NCBI GenBank assembly: GCA_965222805.1
Contig: CBDCUX010000005.1
Location: 144,020 to 208,019 of the forward strand
Origin: Candidatus Poribacteria bacterium
Lineage (GTDB): Bacteria; Poribacteria; WGA-4E; PCPOR2b
Reading direction: 5' to 3'
Length of the DNA: 64,000 bases
The notes under the pieces were generated by a model, which saw only the letters and a list, made by a program, of their open reading frames with translations, did not search any database and had not been told where the DNA came from. Shown here one piece after another: positions 9,697 to 19,500 of this stretch. The position numbers and the translations under genes were made by a program. Numbering within the stretch: position 1 is the stretch's first letter; the number at the start of each line of letters is the position of its first letter.

Positions 9697-10961
9697 TAGT
9701 CTCTCACCCGGATAATATCCGCGCCAATACCCCTCAGTTTCTCCTCAATGCCTTCATACCCACGATCTATATGATAGATCCGGGAGACGGCCGTTTCACC
9801 CGCTGCCGCCATGCCTGCGAGAACAAGGACGGCACCTGCACGGAGATCCGATGCCATAACAGGGGCGCCACTGAGTTTAGGCTTACCACGCACCACCGCT
9901 CGGTTCCCTTCGACACGAATATCTGCGCCCATCCGATTGAGTTCGCTCGCATGCATGAAGCGATCTAAGTAGATACCTTCCATGATAGTGCTAATCCCCG
10001 GCGTGATACTGAGGAGTCCCATCATCTGTGCCTGCATGTCCGTGGGGAAACCCGGATATGTATCAGTGGCGATATCAACCGCTTGGAGCTCTCGTGATGC
10101 CCTCACGCGGACGCCATCATCTGCCCAATCCAATTGAACACCCGCCTCAACTAATTTCTCGGAGGTAGTACCGAGGTGTTGAGCGGGGGCATCCTTCACA
10201 AAAACATCTCCCCTCGTAATAGCACTCGCAACCATGAACGTTCCTGCTTCGATACGGTCTGGAATGACAGTATACTCCGTGCCATGAAGTTGTTTAACGC
10301 CATGTATCGTCAAAGTGGACGTTCCAACTCCTTTAATGTCCGCACCCATTGCGTTGAGGAAGTTTGCCAGGTCAGCGACCTCTGGTTCGCAGGCAGCTCC
10401 ACGAATAATCGTTGTACCTTCCGCCAGCGTTGCAGCCATCATAACGTTTGCGGTTGCACCGACGCTTGAGCCGTGTGGGCCCCTCAGATACATCTCGGTG
10501 CCAACCAACCGATTCGTCCGTGCTATGATATAGCCACTATCAATTTCGATTTCTGCACCGAGTTGCTGCAGCCCTTTCAGGTGCAGATCTACCGGACGTG
10601 GCCCTATAGCACAACCGCCGGGGAAAGAGACTTTTGCCACACCTAAACGCGCAACGAGGGGACCCAGCACATAAATTGATGCTCTCATTTTCCGGACGAG
10701 ATCGTAAGGAGCCTCGTAAGCAATTCGGTTCCCCGGTTCAATATAGAGGGTTGAGTTCTTGAATTTTGTCGTCGCTCCCAGCACCTCAAGCACGGCACAT
10801 AGGCTATCAATATCCCTCAGCTTGGGAACGTTGTGAATAACGCTGGCGCCGTCTGCTAAAATCGCGGCTGCAACAGCGATAGGAAGCGTCGCATTTTTAG
10901 AGCCACTGACTGAAATTGTACCTTCGAGCTGCTTGCCACCGTTGATGATCAGTCTATCCAT
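9696..10961 (-). CDS. murA: UDP-N-acetylglucosamine 1-carboxyvinyltransferase
   Basis: SGSKNA, MRASIYVLGPL, PGGCAIGPRPVDLH (Cys form), PDRIEAGTF, PGFPTDMQAQ, DLRAGA, HIDRGY; start MDRLIING after AGGAG. Confidence 0.97.
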   Translation of the reverse strand: MDRLIINGGKQLEGTISVSGSKNATLPIAVAAAILADGASVIHNVPKLRDIDSLCAVLEVLGATTKFKNSTLYIEPGNRIAYEAPYDLVRKMRASIYVLGPLVARLGVAKVSFPGGCAIGPRPVDLHLKGLQQLGAEIEIDSGYIIARTNRLVGTEMYLRGPHGSSVGATANVMMAATLAEGTTIIRGAACEPEVADLANFLNAMGADIKGVGTSTLTIHGVKQLHGTEYTVIPDRIEAGTFMVASAITRGDVFVKDAPAQHLGTTSEKLVEAGVQLDWADDGVRVRASRELQAVDIATDTYPGFPTDMQAQMMGLLSITPGISTIMEGIYLDRFMHASELNRMGADIRVEGNRAVVRGKPKLSGAPVMASDLRAGAVLVLAGMAAAGETAVSRIYHIDRGYEGIEEKLRGIGADIIRVRD

Positions 10962-11169
10962 GATGAATTCTCCTAACGTAGAGCTCTGTTTCTCCACTCG
11001 GCTTGGGTTGGGCGGGTCAGGTTCAGGTGTTCCCGGTTGCATCAAGAACCAGCAACTTAATTCTACTGACGCGAGGTGCTGCAGCACCCATCGAAGAACC
11101 TTGTTCTCTCGTTTAACCCTACACCGACTTGCAAAATAAATTGCTCAGAATAGATTCATGATGCATATA

Positions 11170-11186
11170 TGCATCAACGATGCCAA
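11170..11186 (-). promoter_or_regulatory. Putative sigma54 (-24/-12) promoter
   Basis: TTGGCATCGTTGATGCA: GG-N10-GC spacing, oriented toward murA. Confidence 0.55.
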
Positions 11187-11294
11187 GCCGCAAACCGTTT
11201 CGTTACAAGCATTGTCGCGTAGTTTGCCTCAAAATTAGTGTGTCGGAATAACCACATGTCATGGAGCTGCCCCGCTCACCTCAATTGTATATTT

Positions 11295-12230
11295 CTAGAT
11301 GCGCTCAACTTCCCCATCCTGCTCTTCGGGTTTCCGCCATAATTGCCACTCCTCCCTCACCTCAACAAGTTGTTCCGGCGGCGCATCTCGGACCTCCAAA
11401 ACGGTTGGCGTATCCGGTGGAATCTCCGATAGAATCTCCTTGAAGTCAAGATCTCCGGAACCCGGAGGATGATACGCTTCAAGATCTTTGAGGTCGTGCA
11501 GGTTCACACCGATGAGGTTCTCTGCGTATGCCTCCAACCAACGCTGTGACCAACAGAGCCCTACCCGCTCCTGAAGCATGGCATGTCCGACATCGTGCCA
11601 ATACCGCATGTTGCTTCCCTTGAACGTCTCCAAGAACAACCCAACCTCGTCAAAATTCGGGATTTGATGGTAACGCGGACGATTCTCAATCGCCAAGTAG
11701 ACATCCATCCGCAAAGCCGTTTCATTCAACGTATCGAGGCTGAACAGCACGGCGTCCTGATGTTTCGCCTCCTTGCGTTTACGCCACTCAGTCGCTTCCA
11801 CCACCTTCGCCCCAAACGCCTCAAACTCTCGCTCACCGTATTCGTAGAAATCATACATCAGGTAGGAGCGATCATAAGTATCCACCTTACCTAAGTGAAG
11901 CACAACGATTGGAACTTCAATCTCAACTGCTAACTCCATCGTCCGAATCGTCTGCTTAACCGCTTCGTTCCGCGTATCCGCATCAAGACTTGCTAAGTGA
12001 ATCGGATCGTTTTCCGCCTCCGATTGCAGAGAACCGTGCAGAACGGGGCAAAAGTTGTGGATAGAACAGATCTGCGTGTTCGCTAGGTGAGGCTTAATCT
12101 GCTCAATCTGTTCCCGTGTTAGGTGGCGACTGAGTTCAATGGCATCAAACCCAAGTTCCTTGAGCTCGTCCAACAGTGCCGCTCCATCGGGTTGTCTCAA
12201 AGCGTTCCACATTGTCGAAATTGCTATCAT
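11295..12230 (-). CDS. Sugar phosphate isomerase/epimerase family (xylose isomerase-like TIM barrel)
   Basis: GFDAIELS, SIHN, VVLHLG, IENR, WHDVGHA, HD...HPPGSGDLDF, VLEV. Confidence 0.85.
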   Translation of the reverse strand: MIAISTMWNALRQPDGAALLDELKELGFDAIELSRHLTREQIEQIKPHLANTQICSIHNFCPVLHGSLQSEAENDPIHLASLDADTRNEAVKQTIRTMELAVEIEVPIVVLHLGKVDTYDRSYLMYDFYEYGEREFEAFGAKVVEATEWRKRKEAKHQDAVLFSLDTLNETALRMDVYLAIENRPRYHQIPNFDEVGLFLETFKGSNMRYWHDVGHAMLQERVGLCWSQRWLEAYAENLIGVNLHDLKDLEAYHPPGSGDLDFKEILSEIPPDTPTVLEVRDAPPEQLVEVREEWQLWRKPEEQDGEVERI

Positions 12231-12231
12231 T

Positions 12232-12840
12232 TCACGACTCCTTTACCAAGACCTTTCTGCCAACAATTTCGATCGCCCCATCCGCATACCACCGCACAAC
12301 CTGCGGATATAGTTTATGCTCTTCAGTATGAATCCGCTTGAGGAGACTTTCTTCATCGGCATGGTCGAATACAGGCACCGAAACCTGCGCAATGATAGGT
12401 CCAGCGTCAACCCCCTCATCGACAAAAAAAACGGTAACGCCGCTAACTTTTACGCCATACGCCAGCGTATCGAGTACCGGGTGCGCCCCCGGAAACGCGG
12501 GCAGTAGCGATGGATGAATATTGATGATACGGTTGCTATACTTCCGCACAAACGCTGGCTGGAATAACTTCATAAAGCCTGCTAGAACGATTAGCTCCAC
12601 TCCGCGCCTGTCAAGGATTTTGGAAATTTCTGCATCAAACGCATCTCGATCCGGAAAATCCCGGACTCTCACGACGTAGGTGGGAATACCCGCTTCCTTG
12701 GCGCGGGTGAGCGCGTAAGCCTTTCTTCGATCGCTAATCACCACAGCGATTTGAACTCCACTATTTTCGTCTTGGTGGAGCTGATCGATTAATGCCTGCA
12801 AATTGGTTCCGCTGCCGGAGGCTAAAACTGCAATTTTCAT
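12232..12840 (-). CDS. purN: Phosphoribosylglycinamide formyltransferase
   Basis: VLASGSGTNLQALID, LAGFM, INIHPSLLPAFPG, GVDAGPII. Confidence 0.96.
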   Translation of the reverse strand: MKIAVLASGSGTNLQALIDQLHQDENSGVQIAVVISDRRKAYALTRAKEAGIPTYVVRVRDFPDRDAFDAEISKILDRRGVELIVLAGFMKLFQPAFVRKYSNRIINIHPSLLPAFPGAHPVLDTLAYGVKVSGVTVFFVDEGVDAGPIIAQVSVPVFDHADEESLLKRIHTEEHKLYPQVVRWYADGAIEIVGRKVLVKES

Positions 12841-13015
12841 GTTCGCTGAACTGATATCCCTTAGAGCCTGTTTGAAAAGTCATTTTGGGTAAAGTGATTT
12901 GCCATGAACCCGAGTTTTTTCTTCAAAACTCGGGTTCTTCCGCAATCCAGAAGGGCGTCCACTATTCAACGGCATATTATCACCATATTCAGCAAACCGT
13001 GTCAGGTCAATCATA

Positions 13016-13061
13016 GGGGCTTGGTTTCCAAGTCCGATGGGTTGGGAGCCCCAACCCCTAC
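13016..13061. repeat. GTAG-type REP doublet (REPIN-like) inside the MITE
   Basis: GGGGCTTGGTTTCCAAGTCC ... GGGTTGGGAGCCCCAACCCCTAC, two inverted palindromes, one ending in CTAC. Confidence 0.6.
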
Positions 13062-13072
13062 CTTGCGATGTG

Positions 13073-13102
13073 GCTCGCTATGGATTGACAAATCCACAGC
13101 AC
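13073..13102 (+). repeat. Palindromic intergenic repeat GCTCRCWRTGGATTGACAAATCCACWGCAC, copy 1
   Basis: Same motif at 49471-49507 (minus) and 55386-55422 (plus). Confidence 0.8.
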
Positions 13103-13136
13103 CGTGGGATCATCCCTTGCTTTTTAAAACAGGTTC

Positions 13137-13739
13137 TTAAGTTGAATGAATCATACTCAACAAAATGCCCAGAATTTTACCGATATCGTTGACATGATAT
13201 TCGTCTAAATCGATATAGACGGTTTGTCCCTCTAACTTTAGAAATTTCCAAACGCTTCCCGTCGTGATTCCCCCGTAGATTGTGGTGATATTGTTCTCCT
13301 CACGCTCGTTAAATAATTTGGCGGCAACCATTTCCGCCACACATTGACCGATACCATTCATAGGGTTATCATTTTTAGCTTCGACGATCGCAATGACGGG
13401 CGTAGTAATAAATAGTTGCTCCGTAGAAAGGCTAATGATAAAGCCGCACGCGCCGCTCAACCCTCTTTTTCTATCCACATTAAACGCCTTACCTGAAAAC
13501 AGACTAATCTGGCGGTGTGTCTGTTCCAAAAGTTCAACCAAAACCGGCGCGACAATCAGTTCTGATCGTGCCTTTTCCGTATTGATAGCGATCCCCAAAG
13601 ACAGGTTTCTTTCTAACGTCTGGCGAAGAAAATCGCTGATTTCGACTTCCGCCGCCGTGGAAAAGAGATCTCTTGATTCATCAGTAATCAGTTGAAAGAC
13701 CTTTTTAGCTTCACTTAATGTAAAACGATTATAAGCCAT
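13137..13739 (-). CDS. Conserved hypothetical protein, probable PD-(D/E)xK/HsdR-N-like fold
   Basis: EKARSELIVAPVL, IVEAK, GQCVAEMVAA, IYGGITTGSVWKFL; family assignment by recall. Confidence 0.7.
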   Translation of the reverse strand: MAYNRFTLSEAKKVFQLITDESRDLFSTAAEVEISDFLRQTLERNLSLGIAINTEKARSELIVAPVLVELLEQTHRQISLFSGKAFNVDRKRGLSGACGFIISLSTEQLFITTPVIAIVEAKNDNPMNGIGQCVAEMVAAKLFNEREENNITTIYGGITTGSVWKFLKLEGQTVYIDLDEYHVNDIGKILGILLSMIHST

Positions 13740-13829
13740 CTTCCATTTTCTCTTTTTAGAATGTCAATATGCTCTAGCAACTTGAGTTATTATAACCTAT
13801 TTTCTGACCATGTGCGTAAGTCTTACCTC

Positions 13830-13937
13830 TGTCTGAATCGCAGATTGTCGCGGATTAAGGGATTACACGGATTAAAAAAACATCGGTGGTGATTGTCTGG
13901 ATCTGGATTTACTGGATTCAAGGATTTTCAGGATTTT
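13830..13937 (+). repeat. Two TGTCTGRATC-headed arrays of 9-nt GATT-cored repeats
   Basis: TGTCTGAATCGCAGATTGTCGCGGATTAAGGGATTACACGGATT and TGTCTGGATCTGGATTTACTGGATTCAAGGATTTTCAGGATT. Confidence 0.8.
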
Positions 13938-13950
13938 GGGGCGGCGGTTT

Positions 13951-13995
13951 CTCCACAATAGCGATTTCTTCAGGAATCAAGTTGTATAACGAGTA
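13951..13995 (-). pseudogene. Remnant copy of the 3' end of the RM gene (YSLYNLIPEEIAIVE)
   Basis: Matches YLLYDLTPEEIAIVE at 16517-16561; CTCCACAATAGCGATTTCTTCAGG identical. Confidence 0.75.
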
Positions 13996-14006
13996 ATTGG
14001 TCAGTC

Positions 14007-14420
14007 TCATTCCTCGGCTCCGCCTAAGGCATTAGGAGAGGGCGTTCTTGATACAAATTTTGACCGTAGTGCAAGTTCAGTTGCTAAAAATAAAAGGTCG
14101 ACCCGTCCATCTGGCCACGGCATAATATCAGCATGTAAAGGATGTATAGAGGTTTCAGGTTCAACCTTTTGCTGGAGAGCGTAAACATCTTTTGCCAAAA
14201 GGTCAGCCCGACCATACAGGGTCTTATCTCTCGGTTCAGCCACAAACTCATTACCAATTGACCAAATCGCGCTTTCGCTCAGTGTTGAGGTACGGTAAAC
14301 GGACAATCGTTTGTTTTTTGGTGGGACAAATGCTTTTGCTTTAACAGTCTGATCCGACGGACGAAACTCATTTCTACTCAGTATGAAACGACTAATTCTT
14401 TCATTTGGATCAATTGTCAT
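14007..14420 (-). CDS. Hypothetical protein, possible ADP-ribosyltransferase/RES-like toxin fold
   Basis: 137 aa with ISRF, AFxP, LSVYR and HADI motifs; overlaps upstream TPR gene by 11 nt; fold is inference. Confidence 0.6.
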   Translation of the reverse strand: MTIDPNERISRFILSRNEFRPSDQTVKAKAFVPPKNKRLSVYRTSTLSESAIWSIGNEFVAEPRDKTLYGRADLLAKDVYALQQKVEPETSIHPLHADIMPWPDGRVDLLFLATELALRSKFVSRTPSPNALGGAEE

Positions 14421-16212
14421 AATGGAGGTAAAGACCTGTAATCATGCCAATAACGGCGATAAGGTGAGGCATTGAGAAGGTTAATATCCCACGCGCTTGA
14501 TGCTCCGCGCCGAAGATTCCAGCAAAAACAATGTGCCCATCGCCACCAAAACTCAAGGTAAATATCTTTTGTCCTTCTCGCCATTCGAGGCAGATTTCAC
14601 CATTGTCTAAGGGCATAATATCCGGTAAGGGCACGAATTTGTTAACCGTTTTCAAAAACCTGTCCACATCTTCGTAAGCCGTTTCTGGGATGGCATCTAG
14701 CTCTTGATCAAGCCTCCTTTCTTCTTCCGCTTCTGCTCGGACTTTTTGCAGTATCTTCCCTATATCCTTTGGGGCGGGGTCATCTAAATCCGTGTGAATA
14801 GAACTCCCCTTTAGCTGAAGTGCTTTTTCCAGACCTTCCCATGCTCGCGCGTAGTTTCCTAAGAACTCATCTAAGCCGGTTTTGACAACGACCTGGGGTG
14901 TCAACATTGCGGAGATGTCTTCCGGTAATTTAATACCCTTTCTATCTTCAAAGTCCGAGACGCTTTCGTAGTCCCTATGAAATGAAGCAATAATATCCAC
15001 CTCCATCCCCTTGGCAGCGATTAGGTCCGCTCTCGCTTTATCCCATTCTTTCAAGTGTAACCACGCCTCGCCACGATTGTAATAAGCATTGCCATAATCA
15101 GGTTTCAGCTGTATCGCCGTGTCATAATCCTCAATGGCATGGTCAAAATCACCCTGTCGGTAGTAAGCCGCACCACGATTGTTATAGGCTTCAGCATAAT
15201 CGGGTTTGAGTTGTATTGCTGTGTTGTAATCTTCAATGGCACGGTCATATTCCTCTTTGCTATCGTAAGATACCCCGCGATTGTAATAGGCTTCGGCATC
15301 ATCAGGGTTGAGTTGTACCACTATGTTAAAATCTGCGATGGCGCGGTTATATTCCCCTTTGCTATCGTAAGATACCCCGCGATTGTAATAGGCTTCAGCA
15401 TAATCGGGTTTGAGTTGTATTGCTGTGTTAAAATCTTCAATGGCGCGGTCATATTCCTCTTTGTCGTTGTAGGCATTACCGCGATTGCTGTAGGCTTCGG
15501 CGAGATTAGATTTGAGTTGTATTGCTGTGTTAAAATCTTCAATGGCACGGTCAATCTCGCCTTTGCTGTAGTAAGCCGCCCCGCGATTGCTGTAGGTTTC
15601 GGCGAGATTGGGTTTGAGTTGTATTGCTGTGTTGTAATCTTCAATGGCACGGTCATATTCCTCTTTGCTACTGTAAGATACCCCGCGATTATTATAGGCT
15701 TCGGCGTAATCGGGCTTCAGGTCCATTGCTCTGGTAAAGTCTTTGATGGCACGGTCAACCTCGCCTTTAGAGTAATAAATAATACCACGATTGTAATAAA
15801 CTTTGGCAAAACCGAGATTGAGTTGTATCGCTTTGTTATAGTCTTCTATGGCACGATCATACTCGCCCTTATCGCTATAGGCATTGCCACGATTATTATA
15901 GGCACTGGCATCATCGGCCTCCAAGTCTATCGCTTTGATATAATTTGCGATAGTCCGGTCAACCTCGCCTTTTTCCCCGTAAGCAATCCCGCGATTGTTA
16001 TAGGCCTCGGCAAAATCAGGTTTGAGTGCTATCGCTTTGCTAAAGTCTTTGATGGCTAGGTCATACTCACCTTTTTTACCGTAAGCGATGCCGCGGGTGT
16101 TATGTGCCTCGGCATCGTCAGGTGTCTGGGCTGTCGCTCTGGTAGTATCCTTGCTAGGCACACCTGTATAAGCGTAATCAAAGCCAACAGGTGCTGAGCT
16201 CAATCCTTGCAT
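14410..16212 (-). CDS. TPR-repeat protein (about 11 repeats) with unrelated C-terminal domain
   Basis: 34-aa repeats AEAYNNRGxxYxxKGEYDRAIEDxNTAIQLKPDY; C-terminal PDIMPLDNGEICLEWREG domain. Confidence 0.93.
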   Translation of the reverse strand: MQGLSSAPVGFDYAYTGVPSKDTTRATAQTPDDAEAHNTRGIAYGKKGEYDLAIKDFSKAIALKPDFAEAYNNRGIAYGEKGEVDRTIANYIKAIDLEADDASAYNNRGNAYSDKGEYDRAIEDYNKAIQLNLGFAKVYYNRGIIYYSKGEVDRAIKDFTRAMDLKPDYAEAYNNRGVSYSSKEEYDRAIEDYNTAIQLKPNLAETYSNRGAAYYSKGEIDRAIEDFNTAIQLKSNLAEAYSNRGNAYNDKEEYDRAIEDFNTAIQLKPDYAEAYYNRGVSYDSKGEYNRAIADFNIVVQLNPDDAEAYYNRGVSYDSKEEYDRAIEDYNTAIQLKPDYAEAYNNRGAAYYRQGDFDHAIEDYDTAIQLKPDYGNAYYNRGEAWLHLKEWDKARADLIAAKGMEVDIIASFHRDYESVSDFEDRKGIKLPEDISAMLTPQVVVKTGLDEFLGNYARAWEGLEKALQLKGSSIHTDLDDPAPKDIGKILQKVRAEAEEERRLDQELDAIPETAYEDVDRFLKTVNKFVPLPDIMPLDNGEICLEWREGQKIFTLSFGGDGHIVFAGIFGAEHQARGILTFSMPHLIAVIGMITGLYLHYDN

Positions 16213-16355
16213 GATTTCCTCTCCTTCACGATGCGAATTTCCTTTGGTGTCATAATAATCTGTCGGTGGATAGGTGTCAACCGAATTTCACGGAATAATC
16301 CGCTCCTATTCTGTTTATCCTTCCCTCCCCAATAAATAGCGATTTCGCTACACTC

Positions 16356-16505
16356 AATCTGAAAATCCTGATTCAGACAATTGCCGCCGCCTCCACAATC
16401 CCAATCCTCTCATTGTCAGAATCGCTGATTATCGCGGATTCAGGGATTACGCGGATTAAAAAATCCGCGCAATCTGTGTAATCTGTTTAATCCGTGATTC
16501 AGACA
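16356..16505. repeat. 9-nt-repeat elements, including a ~92-bp inverted pair (16414-16457 / 16462-16505)
   Basis: Same TGTCWGAATC head plus GATT 9-mers as 13830-13937; arms face each other around AAAA; RM gene stop codon lies in the head motif. Confidence 0.8.
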
Positions 16506-19500
16506 GTGGCCGCTTCCTCCACAATAGCGATTTCTTCAGGGGTGAGATCGTATAACAAGTATACTATCTGATCAATCTCATTTTCAAGGTCGGATACATC
16601 GGCGTCTGGGTTGGTGCGTTTGGTGGCAAGGATCTGATTGACGAGTTTGCTGATAGATGCTTTCTGCGCGGGCTTGATAGGAGGAATAGGGATTTGAGAC
16701 ACATATTGAGCGATAAATCTCACGAACCCGCCCCGAATCTGTGTACTTGTCTTTGTGTAAAACCAGAAAACGGCTTTGCTGTTGAGCAGACCGAGAATCC
16801 ACATCTCCTTTGTTGGTAAGAGATACGAAGTATTTCCTAAAAAATAACCGCTATCATCAAAGGCAAACTCCGTACCTTGCGCTATATCAGGATAAACAAT
16901 CTTTGGTTGCTGAAATTCCTCCCAATATGCACACGACCGCAATTCCCAAAAGTATTTCCCCTGATCGTATCGTTGAATCAGTTGCTTCCGAAAGGGTTCA
17001 AAATATGCGTGGATAGCAGGATAAGTATTCGCAAAAATGTCTTCTGCTTCTGTCATAGTTTTCTCTGACCACGGATGCGCCCGGTTTTCTGATGATTCAA
17101 TTTTGATAAGATACTGCTCCGCAAAATTTACCTGCCACCGTTTCACATCACCCCCACGTAAAAATGGCTTTAATACTCCTGAAGACGATGGATGTTCTGC
17201 AATGAGTTTATCCTGCGTCTCCTTATCCACAACAAAGGCTTCGTTCAAACCTGTTTTGATACCGGAATAAAACCGTCCGTTGATATATTCCTCCAACGGT
17301 TTCCCCGCATTGCGGAGTTTTTCGAGCAAACTCAACACAGCGGGAGAGGTAAGCCGCCAACCGTCAACAGTTAGGGCATTTTGCGGCATGGTGAACCCCT
17401 TCGTTTGAAAAATCGTCCCGAATTCGTCAATGGAGGGGCCCGGCTCCCAATTCAAGGCACGGAGGTAGTTGTCTTGGGCGTGGGCCTTGGACGTTGTGAT
17501 AATGCTCGGATACGCAATGGACGTAAAAACAGGCGCGTCGCCAAAGTCAATGAGTTGAGACAGGGTAGACTGACGGGCAAGAAAATCCCGAAGTTTCTTA
17601 CCGTATGCAGACCGGAAATACTTATTTGAGGAGATATAGGTCAGGACACCGTTGTTCCGAAGCATCTGAAAGCCGCGCTCATAGAAATAGACATAGAGAT
17701 CGGCGGTGCCGGTGTAACAGTCGTATTGATTCTTTAACGCCGGTTTGAGGTGTCTAATTTTCTCTTGGCGGACATAAGGTGGATTTCCAACCACCACATC
17801 AAACCCGTCTACAATACCAAACATCCATTCTGGATCAAACCAATCCGCGCTTGCGTTCTGGTCGTAAGGGTCCCAAGCGGCGACTTTATTCGCATCATCG
17901 GGGGGCATCCCGATATGCTTTAATTCCGTCGCTAAGGCTCGTCGCAATTTCTTGTCCGCTCGTTTACAGGCTAGTTTCTGCGGGCGGGTTGTGGCGTGGA
18001 AATGCCGCTCGCGGTTATCGCCCAATTCCATCTCTAAATCCTTCGCTTTGGGGCTGGTCAGGGTTCGCTCTCCCTCAAGGCCGATGAGCGTATTCGCTGC
18101 GATAAACCGCGTCTCCAGATTTGGCAGCGGCTTGATTCCAAAATTGTCTGCGGTTCTATCCGGCTCCTGCTCAATGGCAAGGGAGATGAAAAAGCGGAGT
18201 TTGGCGATTTGACAGGCGATGGATTGGATGTCCAAGCCGAAGATGCTGTTTTGGATCAGGTATAACTTGCGTCCGAAGTCCCCCGAATAATTTTCAAAGA
18301 TTCTGCTAATTTCCCTGAGCTCCTCGTCGCGGGTCCGTCTATCCTTTGTGTCAAACGCAGCCGCCGCCCGTTGGATGGCGCGTTCTTTCTGTAGCTGCGC
18401 CCACCGGGTGTTAGCCGGATCTAGCCGCCGTAGTGCGAGGGTCAGTTTGTGCAACACACCCATCGGAAAGGCACCGGAACCGACCGCCGGATCCAGTATC
18501 TTCAACTCTGAAATAGTCCGCACCACCTCGTCGGCTTCGCGGCTATCGAAAAATTCACTTGCATCGTCAAACACCTTTGCGTAATCAAACAGGTAACGCA
18601 ACCGCTCGGCCCAAAATTTCGTATCCCCGTCCGTTGGCGATACCTGCGCTGCTAGTGCTGCCACCAACGCCTCCTCCACCATATAGTCCACGATGGGGCG
18701 TGGAGTGTAGTAGGAACCGGTCTGTTTCCGGGCGGTTGCACCGGTTTCGGGGTTATACGCGGCGAGTAGGTTTTCAAACACCTTGCCGAGCAGCTCCGGA
18801 TCTAACGCGACCTCCTGCTCTATCGGTGTGTTTTCTTCGACGGTGAACTTGTAGTGTTGCAGCAGAGGAATCAGGCCTTGGTCGTCATCAAAGAAGAGAC
18901 GGTTGGGAACCCTCAACTTATTGTAGTGCACATCGGAAAAGCAATCAATGCGGTAGCCACCCTCCCGCGTTGCCTCTTCGCTGTCGAGGCAATCAAACAA
19001 GCCACCGTTGATAAATGGTGTTTGCTGAAACAGCGTCAACAGTGTATCGGGATCGGTTATCTGGTCCTTGTAGCGATACAGTGAGAAATTGCGATGGCGT
19101 GGGTTTCCGCCTTCGCTAAACCCACGTTTCCCTATCTCGGTGTTCAGGGTGGCGAAAAATAGGTTTTGTAGCACGGCACGGTAGTAGGAATCCCCACTGT
19201 CCCGGTCGTAGTCCTTCAGCAAAGGGGCGATTTGTGCCTCGTTGAACAGTTCATCGGCAATCAACCCCTTCTCCTTGATGAACCAAACGAACAGCAAGCG
19301 TGTAATTAAGCGGATGACGTGCTCTTCTGGATCTAAGCTGCGATTTTTGTCTGTGGGAAATTTCCCCTCAACAACCGCCCATTCAAACCAGGTGAACAGT
19401 TCCCGGTAGAATTTTTTGTTGAGTTCTTCGGTGTCCAGTGTCTTTTCCCAAGCGCGATGCAGCTCGACAAAGTTGTGGACACTGTGCGTTTGGTTCAACG

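Larger units (their letters stand above)
12864..13136. mobile_element. MITE (273 bp) derived from the IS5/IS1031-like element at 63138+
   Basis: TIRs GAGCCTGTTTGAAAA / GAACCTGTTTTAAAA, TTA target duplication (12861-12863, 13137-13139); left end matches GAGCCTGTTTTAAAAGTCATTT at 63138; no transposase. Confidence 0.85.

Noticed and set aside
10962-11087. 42-aa N-terminal extension of MurA
   Set aside because: Good SD at the MDRLIING start; extension is non-homologous and overlaps a structured leader.
15139-16059. 306-aa hydrophobic repetitive plus-strand ORF
   Set aside because: Antisense shadow of the TPR repeats.
15030-16110. 102-bp near-identical repeats as CRISPR array or DGR template/variable repeats
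   Set aside because: In-frame TPR coding repeats; no spacers, cas genes or reverse transcriptase.
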